A DNA stretch of 63,402 nt, the filler included, from Octopus bimaculoides (taxonomy: Eukaryota): NCBI RefSeq assembly GCF_001194135.2. It is 4 parts of 4 records of this genome, joined end to end, with 100 filler letters (N's around TTAATTAATTAA, not from the genome) between each part and the next. Parts side by side here need not be neighbours in the genome. Positions count along the whole stretch, not along the records: positions 33,545 to 44,494 come from NC_068983.1; positions 44,595 to 63,402 come from NC_068997.1; 2 more parts are not named here. The stretch is one strand, 5' to 3'. The notes beneath the pieces were generated by a model that saw only the letters and a program-made list of their open reading frames with translations, was not told where the DNA came from and did no database searches. A program made the position numbers and the translations under genes. This document shows, piece by piece, positions 36,325 through 49,445 of the stretch (position 1 is its first letter; each line of letters opens with the position of its first letter).

Positions 36325-36420
36325 ATGTGTGTAGGGGCTCAACAGAGTGTTAGATAACAGTCCAATTATGTAACCCTGCACTCGTCAGAGATAGTTGCTA
36401 TGGAATGAAATATGGCAACT

Positions 36421-36491
<71 letters not shown>

Positions 36492-36564
36492 CGATCTATC
36501 TATCTATCTATCGATCTATCTATCTATATATATATATAAATATTTCAAATAATTTTCTAAGGCC

Positions 36565-36970
36565 AAAATTATGCAAGCTCTAAGAAGTAATAGACCCAAG
36601 AAGACATGGGATAGGGTGGTGAAACATGATCTTCAGCTGTTAAGTCTCATAGAGGTGATGACAAGTGACCAAGATTTCTGGCAACTTGTTGTGCTTGAGA
36701 AAACATATCAAGCTAAGTGGTCATGGCCAGTGCCTGTGACACATAAAAAGCATCTATACTAGTGACGTGTAAAAGGCATTTGTACTGGTGGCACGTAAAA
36801 GACACCCAGTACACTTTGTACAGTGGTTGGCATAAGGAAGGACATCCCGTTATGGAAACTAAGCCAAAACAGATGATGAAAGCTTGGTACAGCTTTCCAG
36901 CTTACCAGCTCTCGTCAAACTGTGTAACCCATGTCAGCATGGAAGACGGACATTAAATGATGACGATGAC

Positions 36971-37029
<59 letters not shown>

Positions 37030-37072
37030 CGATGACGACGACGATGACGATGACAATGACAACGACTACGAT
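36565..37072 (+). mobile_element. RTE-clade LINE 3' end with (GAT)n tail
   Basis: RPKKTWDRVVKHDLQLLSLIEVMTSDQDFWQLVVLEK, then a 3' UTR (ggcacgtaaaagacaccc...cagcatggaagacggacattaaa) and a long (GAT/GAC)n tail. Confidence 0.85.
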
Positions 37073-37271
37073 GAATACAAGCTGATGGTTTGCACATTTA
37101 CCTTGTATTTCAATATTTTGAGGTTAGGACCCCTTTTCCACAAAATCTTCAGAACAGGTTATAAAAGCAAACCAGCATAGAACATTATTAGCCTACTTTA
37201 TATTCAGGGAAGAATATTCCAATATCACAAAAGAAAAGTTTACATTAAGAAGCTTATTCAAAAAAGACTCA

Positions 37272-37605
37272 GACATAGTTGTGTAGTAAGAAGTTTGCTT
37301 CCCAAACACATGGTTCTGGGTTCAGTTCCATTGCATGGCACCTTGGGTAAGTGGTTTCTACTCACAATACTGGTAGTAACCCTCGACAATATGCAATTCT
37401 CAGCTTTTCACTACTGAAGGCTCTCTGCATATGTCCATTTATATTGTGGCACAGTCCATTAGGAGCCAACCAATAGAGATGTTCTATTTCCACACAACAA
37501 CATATATATATATTCTCTTTTACTCTTTTACTCTTTTACTTGTATCAGTCACTTGATTGCGGCCATGCTGGAGCACTGCCTTTAGTTGAGCAAATCGACC
37601 CCAGA
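37272..37605. mobile_element. SINE family B fragments (5' half on + at 37272-37365; 3' end on - at 37516-37605)
   Basis: ggttcagttccattgcatggcaccttgggtaagt; ctcttttactcttttacttg...gcggccatgctggagcactgcctttag. Confidence 0.75.
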
Positions 37606-37760
37606 TACATATACATATATATATTATTTGATAAACACAATATATGTTTTTATGTGTTACTATTAGTTTCACGTGCAGAGAACATGCTAAACAGTGGTTT
37701 TTAACATGTGTGATATCCTAGCACAATCATCAGACACTACCCACATAGTATATATATATA

Positions 37761-38250
37761 CAGGTTGTGATAGGTAAATTGTTGTATTTTATATTTTTAA
37801 TTTCATGTATGTGTACTGTTTGTTTTTGATTCTGTCAACTACACAGTATAATAGGGTCAGTTGGGCACCATCTGTGAAAAATAACAGCACCATGATGCAA
37901 TTCACTCTGCCAGAAATTTGGAAACAACATGCTGTATTGCTTGGCATTCATGGCAGAAGCTTCAATACAAGCATTTCAGAGTGTTTGGGTATCAATCTGA
38001 GGACAGTACATGTACCGAGTGATAAAAATCAAACAACCAGTCAACATCATGGTGTTTAGAGTGATCACTAGTGATGGTGACGTTATACCTCCATTCATCT
38101 TCCCACATGGCTTCACACTTAACACAGAGGCTTACATCAAGTGCCTGGAGGAGGTAGTGCTACCCCACCGGCCAAGAGGGTGGCTGCTGGAAGACCTTAT
38201 ATCTGACAACAGGACTCTGCACCATGTCACACAAGCAGGAGAACCCAGTC
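37761..38250 (+). mobile_element. Tc1/mariner superfamily (maT/DD37D-like) internally deleted transposon
   Basis: TA|caggttgtgataggtaaattg terminus; ATG at 37892 begins an HTH fragment; KQPVNIMVFRVITSDGDVIPPFIFPHG..NTEAYIKCLEEVVLP, then a frameshift to KRVAAGRPYI*QQDSAPCHTSRRTQSWL. Confidence 0.8.
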
Positions 38251-38309
38251 ATGGCTGTCAGACAATTTCTGTGACCACATCACCTCTAATATCTGTGTAT
38301 GTGTGTATG

Positions 38310-38340
<31 letters not shown>

Positions 38341-38343
<3 letters not shown>

Positions 38344-38490
38344 GCATGATCATGTGGATAAGAAGCTTGCTTTGGAACCACAAGGTTTAGGGTTCATTCC
38401 CATTGCATGGTACCTGTCATGGCCTTGGTTTGACCAATGCCTTTTGAATGAAATCAATGGAAGGAAACCGTAAGAAGTCTATCATATCTG
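38341..38490 (+). mobile_element. SINE family B 5' half, degenerate
   Basis: agaagcttgc...gggttcattcccattgcatggtacc...ggaaaccgtaagaag. Confidence 0.7.
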
Positions 38491-38506
38491 CATATGTCTG
38501 TGTATT

Positions 38507-38543
<37 letters not shown>

Positions 38544-40748
38544 TATCCCTGTCTTGATATTTGCACTCTAATTAAAAGCAAATCACCATACAAATGGCAT
38601 TATTGTTTACAATCTTCCACAATATGTCAGGTCATTGAACTGTTCATTGTTCTAAGGATTAAAGAATATATTGCTTTGTTTGGAAGCAAGTGAAGATTGC
38701 TTACTGGAAGAGCATCAAATCATAGAAAATCTGTACTTAATGAACTATTAAAAGTGGACATTAAAACGCTGATGATGGTGGTGGTATATACATATATATA
38801 TGTCTATCACTGTCTCTCTTTCATTACTCCCTTCCTTGTCCCTTTTCACTTCTATCACTCAACTTCCTCCCATCACACTCATCTTTCTGTCACATTTTCA
38901 GTCATCAATCTTTTTTATTCACCATCTTGGTCACATTTGCTTTGAATGAACGAAGACGATGGAGAGAGTAAAGTAGATGCATTAGTTTAGTTGAGGTTAT
39001 GACAACCCATCTAATGCTGATGCCATGATAGGTTATCCACCTAGTACACACTGTAAAGCAGTTGAAGGTTAAGAAGGATATCCAGTCATAGAAACCATGC
39101 CAAAATGGAATGTACAAATGAGACATGGGCCTTTGATCTCTCTTGGAGATGGAGATAATAATTACAAAGAAGTACTGTCTTTGTCTGTGACAACCCATCC
39201 AACTCATGCCAACATTGAAAAAGGATACAGAGTAATGATAATGATATGCTTGTGTGTGACTGCATGCGCATGTGCGTGAGTGTATGCACAAACAATTATA
39301 TATATAATATAGTGCATTTGTACTCAGGCTAAGAGCCAGCAACAAAATATTTGTAATTAGCAACAAATAAATATCCAAGTTGTTTATACAATATTTTAAT
39401 TATAAATAATGCAGTAATTAATTCAGACATATGCTTGCTTTTGTATAACAAAATCATTAAAAAGTATTAATACTGTCTTTGAATCCAAGTGAAATTAATT
39501 GTAAAAATTCTTTACCCAGTTATAGAAAATCAAGATCTTACTGAAGCTAATCAATGTTAATAGCAATTATAATTAATCTATACACCAACTAATCATTTAT
39601 GAAGTTACTCAGGCATTTAAAGATTTTAATTTGAATTTAAGTGTTTCGTATGTTCTCTGGAGTCAATTAACATAAAGGCAAAGTTATTTTTGTGTAAAAA
39701 TAAAAAAAAAAGATCAAATTCAATATCTGGCACATATTTTAAATTATTGTAGTTGTAATCCAAGTCAGCCTGAATGAACAGACATATGATCAAAGGCATT
39801 CCAGCCATGACTATCATGTTTACATTTCCTAGGGATATCTAAGAAAACATTCAATATGCTCTATCCTTTCCAAAAAACAGTAGGATGCTGCTTCTAGCAG
39901 ATCGAATGACTACACACATTCCTTTATTGGCGCATATATTATACTAAGTGGTTGTTGTTGTTGTTGCTTTTGTTGTTGTTATTGTTAGTGGTGGTAGTGG
40001 TGGTGGTGGTGTTGGTGGTGTGGTGGTGGTGTTGGTGGTGTGGTGGTGGTGGTGGTGTGGTGGTGGTGGTGGTGGTGTTGTTNNNNNNNNNNNNNNNNNN
40101 NNNNNNNNNNNNNNNNNNNNNNNNNNNNNNNNNNNNNNNNNNNNNNNNNNNNNNNNNNNNNNNNNNNNNNNNNNNNNNNNNNNNNNNNNNNNNNNNNNNN
40201 NNNNGGCAGCGGTGGCGGTGGTGGTGGTGGTGGCGGTGGTGGTAGTGGTGGTGGTGCAAACTTATGATCAAAGGCAGCCAGCTATTTTTATTCTTCTTTT
40301 GTTTTCAAGCATAGTGCATCTAGGACTACAATGTACAGTTCATCATTTTTTTTCATAATGATAAGGTGTAAATTAAGAAAGATTTAGCTGTTATTTCTAA
40401 TAGGTTCAACAACCCCCTAGAGAAGGAGTGGAAAATCTTCTACTTGTACTTGTAGGTGGAACTTTACCTTCATTAAAATTAAAAACTCATTTGAAAAAGG
40501 AAAAAAAAAATGATTTAATCATTTAAACCCAAACATTAATTCAATATAAGTTACCTATATTTTTGAGAAATTTAAAACTCATTGCCGATTGTATCAGCAC
40601 AAGTTCTTGCATTCAATTCACCCTTGACCCTAATAAGTCTCCCCACAGATGACCCTTTAGCTCACTCATTACATCATATTTATAAATGTGGCTGTATTTT
40701 CACTGACATTTAATAGTTGGTCTGCTAGCTAAAGATTAAATATTTATG

Positions 40749-40786
<38 letters not shown>

Positions 40787-40789
40787 TCA

Positions 40790-41345
40790 GTGAAGGGAAG
40801 ATTGTATGATGCATGTGTACAAACTGAGATGCTACATGGTAGTGAGATGTGGGTTCTAAATATGGAGGACATGTAAAGGCTGGAGAGGAACGAAATGATA
40901 TGCTCTGCTGGATGCATGATGTCAGCGTGTCTGTGCGACAGGGCATTGGTGTAGTGAGATAGAAATTGGGCATAAGAGGAATTAGATGCAGTGTACCAGA
41001 GAGGAGATTGTGCTGGTTTGGTTATGTGATGTGGATGGATGAGGACAGTTGCATAAAGAAGTGCCAATCACTTAAAGTAGAGGAAAGTTGTGGAAGAGGG
41101 AAACCCAGGAAGACATGGGATGAAATATTGAAGGCTAATCTCAAAACACTGAGCCTTATGAAGGTGACAGAGGACTTAGATATGTGACACATTGCTGTAC
41201 TTGAGAAGAACTGCCCACCACAACAGAACTGAGATCCTAAAAATCAAGGTGCTATGTAAAAAGCACTGATGTGGGTGCTGGTGCTGCATAAAAAAAGCAC
41301 TGGTGTTGGTGCCACTTAAAACGCACTGATAATGGTGCCACATCT
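40790..41345 (+). mobile_element. RTE-clade LINE 3' fragment with short 3' UTR tandem repeat
   Basis: KGRLYDACV..MLHGSEMW..GIRGIRCSVPERRLCWFGYVMWMDEDSCIKKC..GRGKPRKTWDEILKANL; aaaagcactg.tg.tggtgc repeats at 41255-41345. Confidence 0.85.
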
Positions 41346-42511
41346 GTTTTTGATTTATATTTTAATGTGGATATTTATGTAATTATGTATGCTGTAACAA
41401 TAAAAATAAAAATAAATGAAGACCTTAAAAATAGGCATATGTTTAGGGAGCCAACGAAATAGGGAATCACAGTGTTTTTTCTAGTGCTGGTTCTACCTTG
41501 ATGCAAATGGTACATAGCTTGTTTGTTCTTTTGTTTTGTTTTGTTTTTTTAATGAATAAAATAAAGTTTGCATTGTTGAATGATCAAAAAAAAATGTGTA
41601 TTGTTCCTGTTAGTAAGTAAACAATTTGTTTATTGCTATTTAATGTGAAATGAAATTTTTTTTTTAAATATTACATTTAATAGAATTATGGTATCTGATC
41701 AAGAAAAAACCTAAATTTTTAATCTATTATTATTTCACATTCAATACGTATTGCATCTTAATGTCTTATCAATTAGACAAAAGAAGGGCTCAAAAGGGCA
41801 CCAATTTTGGGCTGTGCTTAGACAGAGCATCAGTTGGCTTTTATTCATCCATGGTACCACTACTATCCCAAACTTACTCCCAATAGAATTATTGATATGT
41901 ATATGTAAATGTTTCATGCTAGGATGTGGATGGATGTGTATTTGAAATAAAAGTGAGAGACATTTTTCTGAATAGTTCATGTACTTTTAATTAATCATTC
42001 TTATGTTTCTGAGGTCAAAATCCTCTCAAGTTCAATATACCCTTTCCTCTTCTGTTGATTGACAAACCAACTTAACATTCAATAAATGGACAATACTTTT
42101 CTTTTATTTTCCAATGAGCTAAACATGTACAGACCAGTTTCTTAGACAGCAATTTCCGGCTTATTTAGTAAGTTTAAACAATTAAAAGGAATATCAAAAA
42201 GAAATATAAAAAGAAAAACAAAAAAAAAATGGAAGCTTGAAATTCTTTTGTTTTTTGTTCTTGTTTCTTTCATCATCATTAAGTGCAGTGGATTGGCAGA
42301 ACCATGCCAAGTTCAAATTTCATAGGGATCATTTTCCTACCTTTCATCATTTCAGTAATCTTTAAAAATGATATGCTATTCAAGATATAATCAACCATAC
42401 CCAAAAATTTCACTTCAAATTTGCATGCTCAATTTATATTTATTCATGTATGTATCATTTATTTATTCATTTATTCATTTATATATTTTAAAGTCTGGCT
42501 GCTCTGGCATA

Positions 42512-42542
<31 letters not shown>

Positions 42543-43034
42543 ATACAATCACGATAATAACTCTGAAATTAATGAAGCATTATACCATACAGCATTGTGT
42601 AAACTTACTACAAGACATTGCTCACTGCATTAACAACTAGGCCAATATTCACCCCACAATCTTCTCCATCCTCCTTTGTTGGAGTAGTATTAAATAAGAA
42701 ACAAAAAAATAACAAACAAAAAAATAACAAACAATAAAACTGAAAAAAAAAAAAACAGTACCTTGAACGATTCCAAAATCATTATATTAATCTTTCTCTA
42801 TAAATGCTACTGCCATAGACAGCAATAATCAATTCGTCTGTTGTTAACTTGTTTATGCATTTTTCTTTGTCCACAGACTACTGCCATTTTCATAAATAAA
42901 TGAATGCTTTTTATATATGAAAGAGAAAATAAGCCTTCCTTTCTATAAAAAGTTGTTGTTATCTATAGGTCAGCCCTGACTGAGTAGACTTATGATGAAT
43001 GTCATTCAAATCATAGTCCCTCTTTTATTATTTG

Positions 43035-43072
<38 letters not shown>

Positions 43073-43359
43073 TGTGTGTACATGTGTGTGTGCTGGAGAG
43101 GGTTAGGTGGGGTCACAGAACTAAGACTTAAGTATTTACTGTAGTTTTCTTTTCTCATAGGAGTAAGATGTGTGTGATTTGAGGGATATTTAGCTGGTAC
43201 TACTTGCAGGTAAAATGGCCAAGTAGAGACGACTTCTTTGTTTTTATTGTTGTTTGGCTTTAGATAAGTCTTGATTGAGAGGCTTATAATTAAAAGCAAT
43301 CCAGCTGTAATTATCTCATCTTATTCCAATATACAGAGAACCCAGTTTGCTCCCATAGG

Positions 43360-43515
43360 TGCAAACATGATTATGTGGTTAATGAGCTTGCTTCCCAACC
43401 ATGAGGGTTCAAGTTCACTCCCATAACTTAAAGTACATGGCACCTTGAGCAAGTATCTTTTGACCAAAGCTTTGTAAGCAAGTAGATTTGGTAAACAGAA
43501 ACTGAAAGAAACCCA
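43360..43515 (+). mobile_element. SINE family B 5' half
   Basis: gagcttgcttcccaaccatgagggttcaag...ggcaccttgagcaagtatc...gaaactgaaagaaaccc. Confidence 0.75.
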
Positions 43516-43639
43516 TAGGAGCACACAGAAAATAGATTTTCTTGAATACCCAGGAGGATACTTAAACATATAGATTGTTTTTGTTACTTAGGTCATCTAA
43601 TTAGCAGAGGATGTTGTCAAAATATAGTTGCTGGAATAC

Positions 43640-44023
43640 AAACATGGCTGGAGAAGTTCAGAGGTAACAAAAGGCTTCTCTCTCAGAGTGAAAGGCAATT
43701 TACCTTTCACTCTGTATGCTGTTTGTGTACAAATAGCAATATTATATGATAGTGAAATGTGGGCTGCAAATGCAAAGACTAGAAAAAAATGAAGCTAGCA
43801 TGTTCCACTAGATGTGCAATGTTAGTGTGCACAGATGACAAAGTGCAAATGTGTTAAGAGAAACATTAGGCATAAGTGCATCAGATGAAGTGTATAAAAG
43901 GGAAGATTGCACTGGTATGTTCATGTCATGTGGATGAATAAAGGTAACTGCATAAAGAAGCATCAAGTGCTAAATGTGAAGGAAACCTGTAAAAGAAAGA
44001 GCCCCAGGAAAATATGTAACAAA
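43640..44023 (+). mobile_element. RTE-clade LINE 3' coding fragment, decayed
   Basis: Homologous to 40790-41200 (gtgaaaggc...ctgtatgctgtttgtgtac...gatagtgaaatgtgggc...cccaggaaaa). Confidence 0.75.
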
Positions 44024-44165
44024 GGCGTGGGAGTGGCTGTGTGGTAAGTAGCTTGCTTACCAACCACATGGTTCTGGGTTCATTCCCACTGCGTGGCACT
44101 TTGGGCAAGTGTCTTCTACTATAGCCTCAGGCCAACCAAAGCCTTGTAAGTGGATTTGGTAGACA
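44024..44165 (+). mobile_element. SINE family B 5' half, fused to a minisatellite
   Basis: ggcgtgggagtggctgtgtggtaagtagcttgc...gatttggtagac. Confidence 0.9.
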
Positions 44166-44494
44166 TTGCCAGTGCCCCTGGACTGGCTCATGTGCAAGCG
44201 ACACATGATATCTTTCGTGCGAGATCGTTGCCAGTGCCCATAGACTAGCTCTTGTGCGAGTGACACATGAGGTTTTTCGAGCGAGATCGTTGCCGGTGCC
44301 CCCGGACTGGCTTATGTGCGGGTGACACATGAAATCGTTCAAGCGGGATCGTTGCCAGTGCCCCTGGACTGGCTCATGTGCGGGCGACATGTGATATCTT
44401 TCGAGCGAGACCATTGCCAGTGCCCCTGGACTGGCTCTTGTGCGGGTGACACATGAAATGTTTCGAGCGGGATCGTTGCCAGTGCCCATAGACT
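44166..44494 (+). repeat. 62-bp GC-rich minisatellite, at least 5.3 copies (runs into an artificial join)
   Basis: ttgcc(a/g)gtgccc starts at 44166, 44228, 44290, 44352, 44414 and 44476. Confidence 0.95.
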
Positions 44495-44594
44495 NNNNNN
44501 NNNNNNNNNNNNNNNNNNNNNNNNNNNNNNNNNNNNNNTTAATTAATTAANNNNNNNNNNNNNNNNNNNNNNNNNNNNNNNNNNNNNNNNNNNN
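44495..44594. other. Artificial scaffold join N44-TTAATTAATTAA-N44
   Basis: Same structure as 16385-16484. Confidence 0.95.
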
Positions 44595-45039
44595 GAGATG
44601 TAGGCTGATGTAAAAGAAAAGGTGAGAGCGAGAGAATATAATCGATTCTTAGATTTAATACTATAAGAGAGAGAGAGAGAAAGAAAATAATAATGATTAA
44701 AATTGAACCAAGGAAAAGTAATGGAAGCAGAGGGAAATAAACAGATAAATCATAGAATACTCATGGGGGTGAGTGGCAAATAGAATAAAGAATAATAACA
44801 GAAGAGAAAAGAATATAAAAGAATATAATATGTCTAAGTGAGTGATTTTTGCACGATTGAGAACGTGTATAAATGAGAAGGAATGAAAGAAAGAAAGAAA
44901 GAAAGAAAGAAAGCAAGAAAGAGGATACATGAAAAGGTCAGGGGGAGAATGGAAGGAAAAGTATGCGAAAATTATCTGAGAGTTGTGGTATTGAAAGAAA
45001 GCTGGAAGGAAGAAGACTGAACGGTTGTTAATCTTTTAT

Positions 45040-45215
45040 TTTTTACTCGTTTCAGTTATTTGACTGAGGCCATGTTGCAGCACCGCCTTGAAGAATTGTC
45101 GAATGAATCGATTCCAAGACCTTTTTTTTTTCTTCAAAGCCTGGTACTTAAAGTTACTGGGACGTAAATACACCAATACCGGTTGTCAAGCAGTGGGGAG
45201 GGACACACACACAAA
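45040..45215 (-). mobile_element. SINE family B 3' half
   Basis: ttttactcgtttcagttatttgactgaggccatgttgcagcaccgcc...ccggttgtcaagcagtgggg. Confidence 0.8.
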
Positions 45216-45234
45216 TACACATACACACGTACTC

Positions 45235-45278
<44 letters not shown>

Positions 45279-45378
45279 NNNNNNNNNNNNNNNNNNNNNN
45301 NNNNNNNNNNNNNNNNNNNNNNNNNNNNNNNNNNNNNNNNNNNNNNNNNNNNNNNNNNNNNNNNNNNNNNNNNNNNNN

Positions 45379-45411
<33 letters not shown>

Positions 45412-45703
45412 GTGTGTGTATATATATAAGTACGTATTTATGTGTGTATGTGTTATTATACTCAGCTCTATTGTAAATACATGATGAAACAAAAGGCCAT
45501 TTCACATGTGACGTTAGCTGGATGTGCATCGCGGGAATTCTATAGCTACTTGTTTTTATCATTATTACTGTTGTTGTTGTTGTTATTTTCTTTTTTTTTT
45601 TATCCGAGTCACTTTTATTATTTCATTTCCTATTTAGCTTTTCTTTCCTATTTAGTTTGGTTTCAATCTCGCTCGCTGGAGAAAGGATAATATAAAATGA
45701 GAT

Positions 45704-45747
<44 letters not shown>

Positions 45748-48323
45748 TGTGTGTGTGTGTACGTACTGGAAGTAAGATCCAGATGTAACCTTACGCAACA
45801 TCCAATCAGATGTTCGTGTATTAAATTGTTGTTGCTGCTGTTCTTGTTACCATTTCCTCCTCCTCCTCCNNNNNNNNNNNNNNNNNNNNNNNNNNNNNNN
45901 NNNNNNNNNNNNNNNNNNNNNNNNNNNNNNNNNNNNNNNNNNNNNNNNNNNNNNNNNNNNNNNNNNNNNNNNNNNNNNNNNNNNNNNNNNNNNNNNNNNN
46001 NNNNNNNNNNNNNNNNNNNNNNNNNNNNNNNNNNNNNNNNNNNNNNNNNNNNNNNNNNNNNNNNNNNNNNNNNNNNNNNNNNNNNNNNNNNNNNNNNNNN
46101 NNNNNNNNNNNNNNNNNNNNNNNNNNNNNNNNNNNNNNNNNNNNNNNNNNNNNNNNNNNNNNNNNNNNNNNNNNNNNNNNNNNNNNNNNNNNNNNNNNNN
46201 NNNNNNNNNNNNNNNNNNNNNNNNNNNNNNNNNNNNNNNNNNNNNNNNNNNNNNNNNNNNNNNNNNNNNNNNNNNNNNNNNNNNNNNNNNNNNNNNNNNN
46301 NNNNNNNNNNNNNNNNNNNNNNNNNNNNNNNNNNNNNNNNNNNNNNNNNNNNNNNNNNNNNNNNNNNNNNNNNNNNNNNNNNNNNNNNNNNNNNNNNNNN
46401 NNNNNNNNNNNNNNNNNNNNNNNNNNNNNNNNNNNNNNNNNNNNNNNNNNNNNNNNNNNNNNNNNNNNNNNNNNNNNNNNNNNNNNNNNNNNNNNNNNNN
46501 NNNNNTATATATATATATATACGTACATGTATATATATATATATTTATATATGTATACATACATATATATGTATGTGTGTGTGTATATATATATATATGT
46601 ATGTATATTTATAATGTTGATTTCTCGTTCGTGAACAGCGATCAACGTTATACAACCAGAAATGGGCGGTCAATAATGGGGATATACTGAAACGGTACTC
46701 ACGCCATTTCGCAATGATGTGAACCAATAAAGGACAAGGTAATTCGCTTCAACCAAAAAATGAGGATGGCAGCTTGTTTATTAGAAGAAAATGAAAAACC
46801 CGAAAAAAGTAAAGAAGAATCAAAATGAGACAAGAAGTTTTTAATTCTGTTTCGTATTGGCAAGTAGGTTTCTAATTCTCCCTTGAAACCAACGCTTTCG
46901 GCTAGTTTATTAATGTTGAAAAGCTTCCGTTTTCTTGCACACACTCATGCATACATTCACGTACATATAATGACACGCAATCAAATTGTCACACACTCCT
47001 TTACACTCCCCGCCCCACACGAAATTCCCTCCGTCTGCCTATTTTTCGTATCGTATTTTGGGAACAATATCATAGGTGGTGAATGTTATGCAACGCTGTC
47101 AATCCCCCAGTTGAATACATTTACCACGGTGCAAGTGTCAAAGGATTGTCTGCAGAACAAATATGGCTAGGGACATCGTTTGCAAAATGCAGGTTTATTG
47201 GTTATATCGCCAGTGATTACATCTCTTCATCTTTCACCGATATGCACCACCGAATAACACTTACACATTTCATGCGTTTATCAATTCTGTTGAATAAAAT
47301 ATTTCATTTCAAGTTGTTATAGTCTACTCATCAGAAACGATTACCTTCCGTAGGTGGACGAGGTTAATCCTGCAACCTTTGGTAGGTGGGCGAGATTAAC
47401 CCTGCAACAGTCAGGCCTCTCTTTCAAAGTGGTCTTGTGCTTACAGCGACTTGAAAGTCACGGAAATAAGGAATAAGAAGAGAGACATACGTTTATCTCA
47501 AACACTCTTACAATAAGCAAAGAAGAAAACAATTGTGTATGTGTGTGAGTGTGTGAGGTGTCTATGTAGCTGAATCAATGAGCTAGAGGTAGCAGCCGTA
47601 TCTTTCTTCAAATCGTACCTCGCTACTTAAAAAAAAGAAGAATATTTCATGTTACTCAAGAAGCTTAAGATGAAAATTTTCTCCCGAGATTAGCTGCGCA
47701 GCGGAAAGGCGTCGCCTGTCTGAGTGCAGTCGATCGTGGCGTTGAATATGATTTTACATGAACATATTTTTGTACGACATTATATATAGTGTAGAAAGTT
47801 TTATATGTATNNNNNNNNNNNNNNNNNNNNNNNNNNNNNNNNNNNNNNNNNNNNNNNNNNNNNNNNNNNNNNNNNNNNNNNNNNNNNNNNNNNNNNNNNN
47901 NNNNNNNNNNNNNNNNNNNNNNNNNNNNNNNNNNNNNNNNNNNNNNNNNNNNNNNNNNNNNNNNNNNNNNNNNNNNNNNNNNNNNNNNNNNNNNNNNNNN
48001 NNNNNNNNNNNNNNNNNNNNNNNNNNNNNNNNNNNNNNNNNNNNNNNNNNNNNNNNNNNNNNNNNNNNNNNNNNNNNNNNNNNNNNNNNNNNNNNNNNNN
48101 NNNNNNNNNNNNNNNNNNNNNNNNNNNNNNNNNNNNNNNNNNNNNNNNNNNNNNNNNNNNNNNNNNNNNNNNNNNNNNNNNNNNNNNNNNNNNNNNNNNN
48201 NNNNNNNNNNNNNNNNNNNNNNNNNNNNNNNNNNNNNNNNNNNNNNNNNNNNNNNNNNNNNNNNNNNNNNNNNNNNNNNNNNNNNNNNNNNNNNNNNNNN
48301 NNNNNNNNNNNNNNNNNNNNNNN

Positions 48324-48597
48324 GGAGGATCGATCGCGGTTTCGATTCCCAGACCGGGCGTTTTGAGTGTTTATTGAGCGAAAACACCTAAGCTCCACGA
48401 GGCTCCGGCAGGGGCTGGTGGCGACCCCTGTTGTACTCTTTCGCCCCAAATTTCTCTCACTCTTTCTTCCTGTTTCTTGAGTAACGCTGCGATGGACTGG
48501 CATCCCGTTCACCTGGTAGGGAAAACATACGTTATAGAAACCGGGAAACTGGGCCCATAAGCCTGGGCTAGGCTTTGAAAGGGCGCAAAAAAAAAAA
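48324..48597 (+). mobile_element. tRNA-derived SINE with V-domain-like block and A-tail
   Basis: B-box-like ggtttcgattccc; gtaacgctgcgatggactggcatcccgttc resembles the V-SINE domain; ...gaaaccgggaaactgg...poly-A. Confidence 0.55.
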
Positions 48598-49385
48598 TCG
48601 TCTTACAGATTTTCACACGAGGAGTTTCACTACCCATATCCTTGCCTTCTTAGCAGACCCCTCAGAGAGGAGACTCATAAATGTCACCGTTGATTTCATA
48701 GTTATCCAGTAATTTAAATGTCTCTATAAATAAGAGTTTACTTGTTTAACGTCAGAAATCAAACTACACTTCTTGTACATATGTTTAAGAATTAAGTGTA
48801 TGTCATATGGAACAAGTTACAAAACACCCTGTATTTTATTACTATAGGTGAAACTATTTTAAGCAAATAGTTTGCCAAGTTCGTTTCAGCTTAGCTGTCA
48901 TATTTGTGATTTGGATCAACAAAGGACATTAAAGTGAATACTAAATAGAATGTCGTAAATATTTGCAGGGCATCATATGTCAAATATATTGATGTTTAAC
49001 ATATCAGATTTACGGCGGCGCTGTTATATGACACATTTTGAAATAGCAGTACTTCAGAGATATTGGGAGGAAACAAAAAAAATTGAGCGAGAGAAAGAGT
49101 GACAAAAGAAAACAGATCGATCGGGGGTGAAAGAGAGGATAGACAGAGGAAAAGAAACTCAGGAGAAAAGGTGATTTAGTTAGATCAGGGAACGTGGACA
49201 GAGATACAGAAATAAACAAATACACAGGCAAGTGGAATAAACTTCAAAGAGATCGTATGTAAATAAATTCACCCAGACACATATACACACACACACGCAC
49301 ACGCGCATAGGAACACACACAGAAGTCAGATTTAAAGATACAAATGCAAAAGGAGAAATAGTTTCCATACATAGTACATGCATGC

Positions 49386-49426
<41 letters not shown>

Positions 49427-49445
49427 GTATAAATATATATATATA

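Noticed and set aside
44166-44494. 62-bp array as a CRISPR array
   Set aside because: The whole unit repeats with no unique spacers, the context is eukaryotic, and there are no cas genes.
47083-47322. 79-aa ORF and tiny minus-strand exon-like segments
   Set aside because: No homology that I recognise; the splice-like motifs are within chance expectation.
47290-47340. CTGATGA...GAAA on the minus strand near 47330
   Set aside because: No convincing stem I or stem II.
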